Source: Arenicellales bacterium
GTDB lineage: Bacteria; Pseudomonadota; Gammaproteobacteria; Arenicellales; JAJDZL01
DNA: 64,000 bases
Assembly (NCBI GenBank): GCA_951813075.1
Contig: OX638343.1
Location: 2,103,999-2,167,998 of the forward strand
Reading direction: 5' to 3'
This document shows positions 45,482-55,021 of this stretch, one piece after another; the first letter of the stretch is position 1, and every line of letters starts with the position of its first letter. Under the pieces are notes generated by a model that ran no database searches, had not been told where the DNA came from, and saw only the letters and a list, made by a program, of their open reading frames with translations. The translations under genes and the position numbers were made by a program.

Positions 45482-46711
45482 ATGAAGAAGCTAAAAATGG
45501 TTTCATGGCTGGCATCAGGTCTTTTACTACTGTTTTCTGCCAACTCAGCGATGGCACAAGACTGTGAGGATCTGATTCTCGGCTCTGCCATATCCCTGAC
45601 CGGGAAATACGCCACAAACGGCGTTCACGCCATGAATGGATATGAATTCGCTATTCAAAAGATCAAGGAAGCCGGTGGTGTCAAAATCGGTGACAAATGC
45701 TACAACTTCAGCGTCATCTACTATGACGATGAATCCAAAGGCGACCGCGGTGCAACCCTGGCTGAAAGACTGATCAATCAGGACGAGGTTCAGTATATGT
45801 TGGGCCCGTACTCGTCGGGTTTGACAAAAGCGATTGCTCCGGTCACTGAAAAGTATCAAATTCCGATGGTCGAAGCCGAAGGCGCAAGCCGTTCGTTGTT
45901 CAACAAAGGATACAGATATCTGTTTGCGGTGTTGTCGACATCTGAACAGTATCTTGCTTCTGCCATCACGTTGGCGGCCGAAAAATCCATGGAGTCAGGT
46001 AGTACTCCAGATGCAGTCAAAGTCGCCGTTGCGGTCGAGAACGACCCGTTTTCTCTCGATATTCGCGCCGGTGTATTGGAAGATGCCGCCAAATACGATA
46101 TGAAAGTCGTAATCGATGAACAACTACCCCGCGACCTTTCCGACATGAGTGCCATTCTAACCAAGGTCAAGTTGGTGAAACCAGATGTGTTGGTTGTCAG
46201 CGGACATTCCAAAGGCGCAGCAACCGCAGTGCGTCAAATTGAAGAGCAGAATGTCAAGGTGCCGATGATTGCGATAACACATTGCGAAGCGGCTGACGTG
46301 GTCGGAAACTTTGGCGCTGCTGCCAATGACATCCTGTGCTCCACGCAATGGGCGGAAACCCTGACCTATGATGACGAAATTTTTGGAACCGCGGCAGAGT
46401 ATGAACTGGAATTCAAGGCAGCCTATCCCGAATATGCTGACAGAAAAGTTCCGTATCAGACTGCACAGGCATCAGCTGCTGTCTACGTTTTCAAAGACGC
46501 ATTTGAACGAGCTGGTACGCTGGACAAGGAAGCTGTGCGTGACGCGATAGCCGAGACCGATCTTTCTACCTTCTACGGTCAGATCAAGTTTTCGGAAGCG
46601 GGCAACAACATCGCCAAGCCCATGGTTCTGCGCCAGATTCAGGATGGCGAGTACAACGTCGTCGCACCGTCCGCATTCGCATCCCATGCGTTGAACTGGC
46701 CGAGAAACTGA
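45482..46711 (+). CDS. Branched-chain amino acid/amide-type ABC substrate-binding protein (LivJ/K-like, type 1 PBP)
   Basis: Signal peptide ...SANSAMA, then ILGSAISLTGKYATNG...YMLGPYSSG. livHMGF follow. Confidence 0.88.
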   Translation: MKKLKMVSWLASGLLLLFSANSAMAQDCEDLILGSAISLTGKYATNGVHAMNGYEFAIQKIKEAGGVKIGDKCYNFSVIYYDDESKGDRGATLAERLINQDEVQYMLGPYSSGLTKAIAPVTEKYQIPMVEAEGASRSLFNKGYRYLFAVLSTSEQYLASAITLAAEKSMESGSTPDAVKVAVAVENDPFSLDIRAGVLEDAAKYDMKVVIDEQLPRDLSDMSAILTKVKLVKPDVLVVSGHSKGAATAVRQIEEQNVKVPMIAITHCEAADVVGNFGAAANDILCSTQWAETLTYDDEIFGTAAEYELEFKAAYPEYADRKVPYQTAQASAAVYVFKDAFERAGTLDKEAVRDAIAETDLSTFYGQIKFSEAGNNIAKPMVLRQIQDGEYNVVAPSAFASHALNWPRN

Positions 46712-46726
46712 TTGCCACACGCTAAT

Positions 46727-46760
46727 GACAGACCGGATGCCGCGGTAGCCGGTCTGTCTT
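46727..46760 (+). terminator. Intra-operon hairpin after the binding-protein gene
   Basis: Perfect 10-bp stem GACAGACCGG (46727-46736) and CCGGTCTGTC (46749-46758) with a 12-nt loop, followed by TT. Confidence 0.5.
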
Positions 46761-46820
46761 GCTATCCCGAATAATCCGAATTTTTTTCATGACTGTGGCA
46801 TGACAACGAAGTGAGAGACT

Positions 46821-47732
46821 ATGGACCAAATTCTGTCAAATATCTCACTGCTTCTTGAATTTCCAATTGTCAATCTGAAGATCGTAATTGACGGAATTAT
46901 GATCGGCGCCCTGTTCGCGCTTTCCGCATACGGACTGGCACTCGTCTGGGGTGTGATGAACGTCAAGAATCTCGCGCAGGGAGATTTCGTAATTGCCGGT
47001 GGTTACATTGCCTGGTGGCTGGCTAAAAACGGTGTGCATCCTTTGCTGGGTGTACCGGCTGCGTTCATTGTGATGTGGGGCATTGGATGGGGCATCTATA
47101 GACTGGTCATTTGTCGTGTGATCGAACGGGATCTTTTTACGTCGCTTTTAGCAACGTTTGGTCTTGCAATCATCATTGCACAGATACTCAACCTGATTTT
47201 TGGTTCTGATACACAGAGCATCGCACTTGACTACCCCACTCTTTATTTTGCTGATGGATTCATTGATGTACCGATCGCCAAACTCCTGGGTGTTCTGATG
47301 GCGACGGTTCTGGCGGCGGGCGTAATCACGTTCATGAAAGTTGGCCGTATGGGACAGGCGATTCGCGCAACCGCTCAGGATGCCAGAGCCGCCCGAGTGC
47401 TGGGCATCAATACAGATAAAGTCTATTCCTTTACATTCTCGCTGAATGCTGCAATTTGCGGAGCCGCTGGTGCCATTGTTGTAATGGTCTGGGTGATTCA
47501 GCCGTTTTACGGAATTACCCACTCGATCCGATCATTTGTAATCGTCACCGCGGCTGGTCTCGGTAATCTTCCAGGTGTGATTGCGGCGGGTCTTGGAATT
47601 GGCGCTCTCGAACAGTATGGCGCACATATTTTTGGAATCGGTTATCAACAGGCAGTCGCTGTCTTGTTGCTGCTGTTGGTTCTGCTTATTCGGGTTCAGC
47701 AGCAAAAACGTGTTCGCAAGAGTCTGCAATAA
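46821..47732 (+). CDS. livH: High-affinity branched-chain amino acid ABC permease LivH-like
   Basis: 303 aa, multi-TM, in the conserved position. Confidence 0.88.
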   Translation: MDQILSNISLLLEFPIVNLKIVIDGIMIGALFALSAYGLALVWGVMNVKNLAQGDFVIAGGYIAWWLAKNGVHPLLGVPAAFIVMWGIGWGIYRLVICRVIERDLFTSLLATFGLAIIIAQILNLIFGSDTQSIALDYPTLYFADGFIDVPIAKLLGVLMATVLAAGVITFMKVGRMGQAIRATAQDARAARVLGINTDKVYSFTFSLNAAICGAAGAIVVMVWVIQPFYGITHSIRSFVIVTAAGLGNLPGVIAAGLGIGALEQYGAHIFGIGYQQAVAVLLLLLVLLIRVQQQKRVRKSLQ

Positions 47733-47741
47733 GGGTTTGTC

Positions 47742-48782
47742 GTGTCCATGAAACGCCTCGCGTTTTACGCATTTCTGATTTTCTTTACACTGGCAGCACC
47801 GTTCCTGTTGCCAGACTATAAGACTCAACTGGCTACGCTATGGCTGATGATTATTGTTGCAATTGCCTGGGACATGACGGGCGGGCAGATGGGATACAAC
47901 TCTTTGGGAAACATTTTCTTTTATGGAACCGGTATGTATGTTGCTGCCCTCATTGCAATCGCGATTCCGTTTGATGTGGGTGAATACACCAACGCGTTCA
48001 GCGACAAAATCTACAAATTCACCGATACGGAGTACTTTCTAGGCGCTTTCGTCGGGATCTTGGGCGCCGGTGTGTTTTGTGCGATCAGTGCACTGGTGAT
48101 CGGGTACATCACATTCGGGCTTCGCGGCCCTTATTTTGCGATCGGCACTCTGGGTGTCGCCATCGCTGCGGGTGAGCTTGTATCAAATTGGGAATGGGCC
48201 GGTGGCGGTCAGGGAATTTCGTTGCCCGTCTTCCCTTACGATCTGGAACTGGGCAAGATCATGTTCTATTACATGTTTGCAGGGACCGGAGTTGTATTGT
48301 TTCTGTTTGCCAGGTGGCTGTATAAGACACGGTTCGGTGCGGCAATCAATGCGATCCGCGATGATGAGGAAAAAGCTGAGGCAATGGGCATTCACACGCT
48401 TAGATATAAACTCACGGCGTGGTCGATGTCCGCATTTTTCGTTGGCGTGGCAGGAGGGATTTCCGCGTTTCAATTGATTCATTTCGAACCGCTCGAGACG
48501 GCCTATCAGACGATCAACCTTGGAATATTCATGGTAGTGTGTGTGTTGCTCGGCGGCAAGGGAACGCTCTGGGGTCCTGTAATCGGCGCAATCCTATTTC
48601 ACCTGTTCAAGGAAGTAACGTGGAATTATTTACTCGGATGGCAGTGGGTCGCATTGGGCGTGCTGATCGTCGTGACGGTGGTCTACTTCAAGGATGGAAT
48701 TACTGGCTGGCTTAAGCTGGTTCGCCCGGAATGGTTCGGAATCAGAGTCGAAGCGAAAAGTCAGAGAAGCCCTGCGTCATGA
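47742..48782 (+). CDS. livM: Branched-chain amino acid ABC permease LivM-like
   Basis: 346 aa, multi-TM. Its stop overlaps the livG ATG. Confidence 0.88.
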   Translation: MSMKRLAFYAFLIFFTLAAPFLLPDYKTQLATLWLMIIVAIAWDMTGGQMGYNSLGNIFFYGTGMYVAALIAIAIPFDVGEYTNAFSDKIYKFTDTEYFLGAFVGILGAGVFCAISALVIGYITFGLRGPYFAIGTLGVAIAAGELVSNWEWAGGGQGISLPVFPYDLELGKIMFYYMFAGTGVVLFLFARWLYKTRFGAAINAIRDDEEKAEAMGIHTLRYKLTAWSMSAFFVGVAGGISAFQLIHFEPLETAYQTINLGIFMVVCVLLGGKGTLWGPVIGAILFHLFKEVTWNYLLGWQWVALGVLIVVTVVYFKDGITGWLKLVRPEWFGIRVEAKSQRSPAS

Positions 48783-49522
48783 CGTCAATTATCGAAGTGG
48801 ACGAGGTGTCCAAAACCTTTGGCGGTGTCATCGCCAACAACGGAATCTCGTTGCAGGTTGAGCATGGCTGTATCACTGGCTTGATAGGACCAAACGGGTC
48901 GGGAAAGACAACTCTTTTCAACTCAATTGTTGGTTACCACCCAATCGATTCTGGATCAATCAAATTTGAGAATGAAGAAATCTCCAAGAAATCAGTACAG
49001 GAAATTGCGCGCCTGGGCTTGATCAGGACTTTTCAGCAGACACGAATTTATAGCGCGATGAACTGCGTTCAGAACATGCTGATCTCGTTACCCCATCGAA
49101 AGATGAAACTCAGCGAATCATTTCATCGACATACTGGTTCGGATTTTGACAAAGCCGATGCTCTGTTGGATTTTGTGGGACTGTACGAGAAGCGTTTCCT
49201 GACAGCCGGATCGTTGTCTTTCGGGCAACAGAAACTTCTTGAATTCGCGATGGCATTAATGAACGAGCCAACAGCACTTCTTCTGGACGAGCCAACGGCA
49301 GGTATCAACCCCACTCTGATCAATGGATTGATCGAACGATTAAAGCGCGCGAACAGCGAATTTGGAATTACTTTGTTCGTGATTGAACACAACATGCGAG
49401 TCATCATGAATCTTGCCGACAAAATCTACTGTCTGGCTCACGGAGAACTGCTGGCGCAAGGTTCACCCGATGAAATTCGAAACGATCCTCGTGTGATTGA
49501 CGCGTATTTAGGCGCAAATTGA
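48779..49522 (+). CDS. livG: Branched-chain amino acid ABC ATP-binding protein LivG-like
   Basis: MTSIIEVDEVSKTFGG..., Walker A GPNGSGKTT, Walker B LLLDEPTAG, and C-terminal VIDAYLG. The ATG at 48779 forms an ATGA overlap with livM. The ORF-track start at 48731 is probably too early. Confidence 0.9.
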   Translation: MTSIIEVDEVSKTFGGVIANNGISLQVEHGCITGLIGPNGSGKTTLFNSIVGYHPIDSGSIKFENEEISKKSVQEIARLGLIRTFQQTRIYSAMNCVQNMLISLPHRKMKLSESFHRHTGSDFDKADALLDFVGLYEKRFLTAGSLSFGQQKLLEFAMALMNEPTALLLDEPTAGINPTLINGLIERLKRANSEFGITLFVIEHNMRVIMNLADKIYCLAHGELLAQGSPDEIRNDPRVIDAYLGAN

Positions 49523-49532
49523 GGCTGACACT

Positions 49533-50414
49533 ATGGCAACTAACGACAATAGCAATAGTAATCCCGTAGTCGGGTATGGCGGTGGTGATGTCGAAACAGT
49601 GATTTCGGTGGATGAGGTCACACGGCAGGCTGCGCTGATTGCTGAGCCGACCTCGATCGAAACGTTGGATGAACTTGTCTCAGATGAGCTTTTTGTTTCC
49701 ATAGACAACCTGAATGCCGGCTATGGAAAAATGCAGATTCTGCACGACTTCAGCCTTCGTGTAGGGCGCAAACAGTCATTGTGTCTGATTGGTCCCAACG
49801 GGGCTGGAAAATCGACCATTCTGCATTCGATTTTTGGCTTCACAAACATATTCAGTGGCAGTATTTGGACAGGATGCGGTGCCGACAGGCAGGACGTGAC
49901 CGCACTGACACCGAATGAGAAACTGTCCAATGCCGGTATTGCTTACATACTGCAGAGCAAATCAATCTTTCCGGGAATGACGGTCGAAGAGAATTTGTGG
50001 ATGGGTGGATTTCTCAAAGATAGCCCCCAACAAGCTAAACAGACCGCAGAGAAGATATTTGACAAATATCCAAGACTTGCAGCTCGCCGCAAGCACCAAG
50101 CAAAGGTACTGTCAGGTGGCGAAAGGCGTCTGCTGGAAATCTCTCGTGCACTAGTGATGGAGCCCGAACTGCTGCTGGTTGACGAACCTTCAATTGGTCT
50201 GGAACCGCGATTCATCGACATGGTGTTTGAAATATTGGATGACCTTCAGCATACAGAAGGTAAGACAATAATCATGGTTGAGCAGAACGCAAAAAAGGGA
50301 TTGGAGTTTGCTGATATCGGCTATGTGCTGGTCTCTGGAGAATTGGCCATAGCCGGCAAAGGCGATGATCTTCTGAAAAACCCTAAAGTCAGCGAGTTGT
50401 TTCTTGGCGGTTAG
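49533..50414 (+). CDS. livF: Branched-chain amino acid ABC ATP-binding protein LivF-like
   Basis: Walker A GPNGAGKST, signature LSGGERRLL, and C-terminal ELFLGG. About 55 extra N-terminal codons may be an ORF-calling artefact, since there is an in-frame TTG at 49665. Confidence 0.88.
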   Translation: MATNDNSNSNPVVGYGGGDVETVISVDEVTRQAALIAEPTSIETLDELVSDELFVSIDNLNAGYGKMQILHDFSLRVGRKQSLCLIGPNGAGKSTILHSIFGFTNIFSGSIWTGCGADRQDVTALTPNEKLSNAGIAYILQSKSIFPGMTVEENLWMGGFLKDSPQQAKQTAEKIFDKYPRLAARRKHQAKVLSGGERRLLEISRALVMEPELLLVDEPSIGLEPRFIDMVFEILDDLQHTEGKTIIMVEQNAKKGLEFADIGYVLVSGELAIAGKGDDLLKNPKVSELFLGG

Positions 50415-50461
50415 TCCGAGCGGCGGTGGGTGCCTCGACAAGAACTCAGATCTGATATCGC

Positions 50462-51541
50462 TCAGACTTGCTCCGATTGTGTGGCCTGCGCACTTTGATT
50501 GAATAGCGCTTCAATCAATTTCTGACACCTCAGCACGCCAACTGGTTGATTGTTGTCGTCGACCACACGAACGTCTTGATTGACTGACAAGACCTGCCCG
50601 GCGACTTGAGCTAGTCGATCAGACATTCGTACAACAATGTCAGGATGGGTTGGAGCACCGACTTCATCCATGACGTGGCTCACCGGCAGAAGTTTACCTC
50701 GGGATACATTCTTGGTGAATTCACCCACATAATCATTTGCTGGATTGGTGATCAGCTCCTCAGCCGTTCCGATCTGCACAATATTTCCTTCGTTCATTAT
50801 GATGATTCTATCCGCCAGCTTGATCGCCTCGTCAAAATCGTGCGTAATGAACACGATGGTTTTGTTCAGTACGGATTGCAGACGAATGAACTCGTCTTGC
50901 ATTTCATTGCGGATCAACGGGTCAAGCGCAGAGAATGGCTCATCCAGAAACCAAAGATCCGGTTCCACCGCCAGCGATCGGCCAATACCGACACGTTGCT
51001 GCTGGCCACCAGACAGCTCTCTGGGGTAATATTCCTCTCTTCCTTCCAAACCAACAATTTGAATTATCTCTCGGGCGCGGCTCTCTCTGGTGTTCTTGTC
51101 AATACCCTGCACTTCTAAAGGAAAGGAAATATTCTGCAGGACATTACGATGCGGTAGAAGCGCAAAGTGTTGAAACACCATTCCCATTTTATGGCGTCTG
51201 ATCTCGATCAACTCATTCTTGCTTGCCTGCAGTAGATCGATACCATCGAAAATAATCTGTCCATGTGTGGGTTGAATCAGGCGGGCAAGACATCGGATCA
51301 GCGTGGACTTGCCGGAGCCACTCAAGCCCATGACAACCAGAATCTCACCTTCGGACACATCAAAAGTGGCGTGCCTTACGGCTGGAATGTATCCGCCTTT
51401 CCTGATGGCCTCGTCATTCGGCGCATAGTTGTGATTTTTAAGGAACTGCTCGGGATGGTCTCCGTACAACTTGGTCACATCCTTGCAGGATAGTTTTACT
51501 TTGTCATTCATCTCGCTCAAAGTTCGAGTTGACCGATTCAC
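50462..51541 (-). CDS. proV: Glycine betaine/proline ABC transporter ATP-binding protein ProV-like
   Basis: Walker A GLSGSGKST, signature LSGGQQQRV, Walker B LWFLDEP, and a ~110-aa C-terminal CBS-type extension. proX is adjacent. Confidence 0.88.
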   Translation of the reverse strand: MNRSTRTLSEMNDKVKLSCKDVTKLYGDHPEQFLKNHNYAPNDEAIRKGGYIPAVRHATFDVSEGEILVVMGLSGSGKSTLIRCLARLIQPTHGQIIFDGIDLLQASKNELIEIRRHKMGMVFQHFALLPHRNVLQNISFPLEVQGIDKNTRESRAREIIQIVGLEGREEYYPRELSGGQQQRVGIGRSLAVEPDLWFLDEPFSALDPLIRNEMQDEFIRLQSVLNKTIVFITHDFDEAIKLADRIIIMNEGNIVQIGTAEELITNPANDYVGEFTKNVSRGKLLPVSHVMDEVGAPTHPDIVVRMSDRLAQVAGQVLSVNQDVRVVDDNNQPVGVLRCQKLIEALFNQSAQATQSEQV

Positions 51542-51596
51542 AGGTCAATTTATAGCACTACGACAGTTTACTTGCATCACTGCAACCGCATAAAAC

Positions 51597-51626
51597 AAAA
51601 CTGGCTGCAATGAAGCAGCCAGTTTC
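51597..51626 (-). terminator. Rho-independent-type hairpin between proX and proV
   Basis: On the minus strand: AAACTGGCTGC, loop TTCATT, GCAGCCAGTTT, followed by TGTTTTAT. The stem is 10-11 bp and perfect. Confidence 0.6.
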
Positions 51627-51678
51627 AAAAAGTAATCAAGAACAGCCACCATGTAACTGATCCTTCGTTCCACTCAGG

Positions 51679-52632
51679 TTACTGAATCCAAGCTTCCCAC
51701 TTATCTTTGTGCTCGTCAAGCCAGCGTTGAGCAGCAGCATCAACTTCCATTCCGTCGGTATCAACGTAGTTGGATTGCTTGGCGATATCGAGATTCGAGA
51801 AATTGATCTTGCTGGCAACCGCGAATGCTTTTGGATTATCTTCCTTGAATTCGTGCGAAACACCGATTTTCAGGTAACCGTCTTTCGGGTTTCCGCAATC
51901 GTATGCCATTTCCTGGTTCATTCCCCAAGCCGGGTCGTCTTTACACGCCGCTTGGTACTCAGGAAATTCCACGAACTCGCCTTCATAGAGTGCTTCAATG
52001 AAGTTAGGTGTCCAATTGAAAATCACAACAGGCTTATTCTGCTTGATTCCGGATTCCAATTCTGCCCAGATCGCTGCAGCGGAGCCTGCATTCTTGACCA
52101 CAAAATTCATGCCCAGGGCCTCGACTCTTTCGGCATCGTTTTTAAGCCAGTCAACCGGACCGCCAATAAACACACCCTTGCCGCCGGAATCTGCACGGGT
52201 AAACTTGTCAGCGCATGCATCAAGCGCTTTCCAGTCGGGGAGTCCCGGACACATTTCCTTGACAAACATAGGATACCACCACTCTTCACGAGTCTTGGCA
52301 TCATGTGTGGCGAGATCCATAACGCATCCTTCATTGACAACTTTCTCGAATGCAGCGCCGAAAGCACCTTGCCATACCTCATGAACGATGTCGATGTCGT
52401 TTTCGCACATTGATTGATAGACTGTCTGGCTGTCCATCGGAATGTACTCGACTTCCTCACCAACCATCTCGAACAAGGCACCAACAATCTTGGCGCCAAC
52501 CAGTTGACTTGACCAATTATGAGTCGGAATTTTTACTGAATCCGCGGTAGCGGTGCCGACAGCGGAAACACTTGCTGCGGCGACCAAGGCAACAAGTATT
52601 GATTTAAAATTTTTCAAAACGTAGATCCTCAA
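51679..52632 (-). CDS. proX: Glycine betaine/proline-betaine substrate-binding protein ProX-like
   Basis: Signal peptide (K)NFKSILVALVAAASVSAVGTATA and a Trp-rich mature protein (NWSSQ..., EEWWYPMF, IFNWTPNF) typical of ProX-type betaine binders. The exact TTG start is uncertain. Confidence 0.82.
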   Translation of the reverse strand: MRIYVLKNFKSILVALVAAASVSAVGTATADSVKIPTHNWSSQLVGAKIVGALFEMVGEEVEYIPMDSQTVYQSMCENDIDIVHEVWQGAFGAAFEKVVNEGCVMDLATHDAKTREEWWYPMFVKEMCPGLPDWKALDACADKFTRADSGGKGVFIGGPVDWLKNDAERVEALGMNFVVKNAGSAAAIWAELESGIKQNKPVVIFNWTPNFIEALYEGEFVEFPEYQAACKDDPAWGMNQEMAYDCGNPKDGYLKIGVSHEFKEDNPKAFAVASKINFSNLDIAKQSNYVDTDGMEVDAAAQRWLDEHKDKWEAWIQ

Positions 52633-52856
52633 AAAGTATATGATTGCAAATTTATTCTATTACGCGGGTTAATATGCACGCGCTAATGATCCGGCATATT
52701 GTATACGAAATACCAGCTAGTGGAGACATAAATAATTTTGGATAATTTGCTCCGAAAATTGTATGCAAGTCAATGTTTCAAAAGCAAAAATGATAGTCTG
52801 AATTTTGATTGCGATAGCATTTGAGACGTTTTTCCTTTGAATAGAAATGAGTCTGG

Positions 52857-54869
52857 TTGACAACCTTACAGCAGTTGATGATTGAAAAATTTTCAGTTCA
52901 TTCCAAGCGGTTCGCACTGCTCCTGGTTGCGGCACCTTTCCTGGTACTGATCGCACTTCGACCCATTCTTCCTGATTGGGCAATCACACCGCCCAAGAGC
53001 TGTCTCGCTGGCTGCGCAAACATTGATGGCATCATTCCGATCGTCGATATAGTCAACGCAGTTATTGACTTTCTCAGGAAGTACGAAATACTTGGTCTTT
53101 TTACATTCAAGGATATTACCCGTGCTATAGCTGACGCAATCGAGGTGCCATTGGATTTTTCAGAAGGCCTGCTTCACAAAGGTTTTTCTGATTTTGGTGT
53201 TGAACCGATTGCCTGGGTGATACTGGTGGGTCTGGCGGCGATTTTCGGTTGGTATCTCAAAGGTTGGCGATTGGCACTGCTTGGTGGAGGTTGCTTTTTT
53301 TATCTCGCGCTATTCAGTAAGCGTGGAATCTGGGATCTTGCAATGCAGACGCTTTCGGCAATATCGGTGTCGGCACCACTGGCCGGAATCATCGGACTGT
53401 CACTCGGAATTCTGGCCGCAAAGAGTAGGAGAGTAGAACAGATACTGTGGCCAATTCTCAATGTGCTTCAATCGTTGCCACACTTTTCATACCTTATTCT
53501 TGTAGCGATATTCTTCGGAGTTGGATCTAAAGCTGGCGTGATTGCCACGGTAATTTTTGCGTTTCCACCCATGACCAGACTGACTCTGCTGGGCATTAAA
53601 GGGATTCCTTCCGAACTCATTGAAGCCGGCACAATGGCAGGCTGTACAGCAAAGCAGATGTTGTTCAAGGTTGAACTTCCCTCTGCCAGATCGGAAATCA
53701 TGCTCGGTGTCAATCAGGTCATCATGCAGTGTCTGGCTATGGTCGTCATTGCTTCGTTTATCGGTCAGTCCGGTCTCGGGTATGATCTGTTGACCAGATT
53801 GCAAAGACTGGCAATCGGTCAGGCGCTTGAAGTCGGAATCGCGGTCGTTCTGATCGCAATCGCACTGGATCGATTCAGCCAGGCCATGGCCGAAAAAACT
53901 CCCAGTCACTTGCGACATGGGCCTATTTGGGTGCGACATCCGTTCATGAGCGCCGGGGTAGGGCTGATCGTGGCTACCCTCGCCCTTTCTTTTGTTACTC
54001 CACACGTGGTACGTTTTCCACAGGAGTTGACTATTTCCACATCGGTCTTCTGGGATGCTGTAGTCGACTACATCACGTTGAATTTCTACGGACCACTGGG
54101 GGCTTTTCGAGACTTTTTCCTGGTTTATTTTCTGATACCGGTCAGAAGTGGTATCACATCAATTCCCTGGATTGCTATCGTGGCGCTGGTTATGTGTCTT
54201 GGATGGCGCATGGGGAGATGGAAACTCGCGCTGGTGGTTGTTTGTTATGTCCTATTTATTGCAGTATCGGGATACTGGGTCCGTGCAATGATCACGCTCT
54301 ACATGGTTGTTGTATCACTCATGATTTGCGCACTAATCGGCATACCGATTGGTATCTGGGCATCGAGACGCGACTGGTCAACCAAACTCGTGCAGAATCT
54401 GTGCGACACCTTTCAGACTTTTCCATCATTTATCTATCTGCTTCCAGTTGTGATGCTTTTCCAGATCAACGATGTCTCGGCAATTTTCGCCATTATCATC
54501 TATGCACTGATCCCGATTACCCGTTATACGATTTTTGGGTTGCGCAACGTTCCGCATCATATCGTGGAGGCAGCAACAACATCTGGCTGTACAGAAAATC
54601 AAATTCTGTGGAAAGTCAGAATGCCGATTGCGATGCCTGAGATTGTTCTCGGTTTGAACCAGACACTGATGTTTGGCCTGTTCATGGTTATGATCGCCGG
54701 TTTTATCGGTACAGTCGATCTGTCGCAGGAAATATTCCGTGCATTGACGTTCAATGACGGTGGCAAAGGTCTGGTAATCGGTCTGTGCGTTGCATTTATC
54801 GGACTGACGGCCGATCGACTATTGGTCGAATGGGCAGAACGCCGAAAACGTATGTACGGAATTGCCTGA
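52857..54869 (+). CDS. proW: Fused double-domain betaine-type ABC permease (ProW-ProW)
   Basis: 670 aa with two consecutive permease modules, each carrying an EAA-like loop (...ELIEAGTMAGCTAKQMLFKVELP... and ...HIVEAATTSGCTENQILWKVRMP...). It is transcribed divergently from proX-proV. Confidence 0.82.
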   Translation: MTTLQQLMIEKFSVHSKRFALLLVAAPFLVLIALRPILPDWAITPPKSCLAGCANIDGIIPIVDIVNAVIDFLRKYEILGLFTFKDITRAIADAIEVPLDFSEGLLHKGFSDFGVEPIAWVILVGLAAIFGWYLKGWRLALLGGGCFFYLALFSKRGIWDLAMQTLSAISVSAPLAGIIGLSLGILAAKSRRVEQILWPILNVLQSLPHFSYLILVAIFFGVGSKAGVIATVIFAFPPMTRLTLLGIKGIPSELIEAGTMAGCTAKQMLFKVELPSARSEIMLGVNQVIMQCLAMVVIASFIGQSGLGYDLLTRLQRLAIGQALEVGIAVVLIAIALDRFSQAMAEKTPSHLRHGPIWVRHPFMSAGVGLIVATLALSFVTPHVVRFPQELTISTSVFWDAVVDYITLNFYGPLGAFRDFFLVYFLIPVRSGITSIPWIAIVALVMCLGWRMGRWKLALVVVCYVLFIAVSGYWVRAMITLYMVVVSLMICALIGIPIGIWASRRDWSTKLVQNLCDTFQTFPSFIYLLPVVMLFQINDVSAIFAIIIYALIPITRYTIFGLRNVPHHIVEAATTSGCTENQILWKVRMPIAMPEIVLGLNQTLMFGLFMVMIAGFIGTVDLSQEIFRALTFNDGGKGLVIGLCVAFIGLTADRLLVEWAERRKRMYGIA

Positions 54870-54965
54870 ATTGCTGTCTGAGGAACTACGCAGTCTATTG
54901 TGTAGTGCGCCATCAATGTCCGAAATTCTTCGGATCTGAATTAGATCACATCACAATCTTTTCGT

Positions 54966-54997
54966 AAAAACGAGGTGTAAATTCACCTCGCTTCTTT
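54966..54997. terminator. Bidirectional hairpin between proW and the porin gene
   Basis: AAAAA CGAGGTG (54971-54977), loop TAAATT, CACCTCG (54984-54990), then CTTCTTTC. T-runs follow the stem on both strands. Confidence 0.6.
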
Positions 54998-55021
54998 CAG
55001 AATCACCAGAATCCGATCAGG

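Noticed and set aside
49533-49700. About 55-aa N-terminal extension of LivF as a novel domain
   Set aside because: The extension is low-complexity (NDNSNSN, GYGGGD). An in-frame TTG at 49665 would give a normal-length LivF, so this is probably an ORF-calling ambiguity.
51709-52413. 234-aa plus-strand ORF opposite proX, and similar antisense ORFs opposite dnaA (928-1767), adhC (2866-3909) and the BCCT gene (26021-27061)
   Set aside because: Each overlaps a gene with strong family motifs on the other strand, and their own translations show no motifs.
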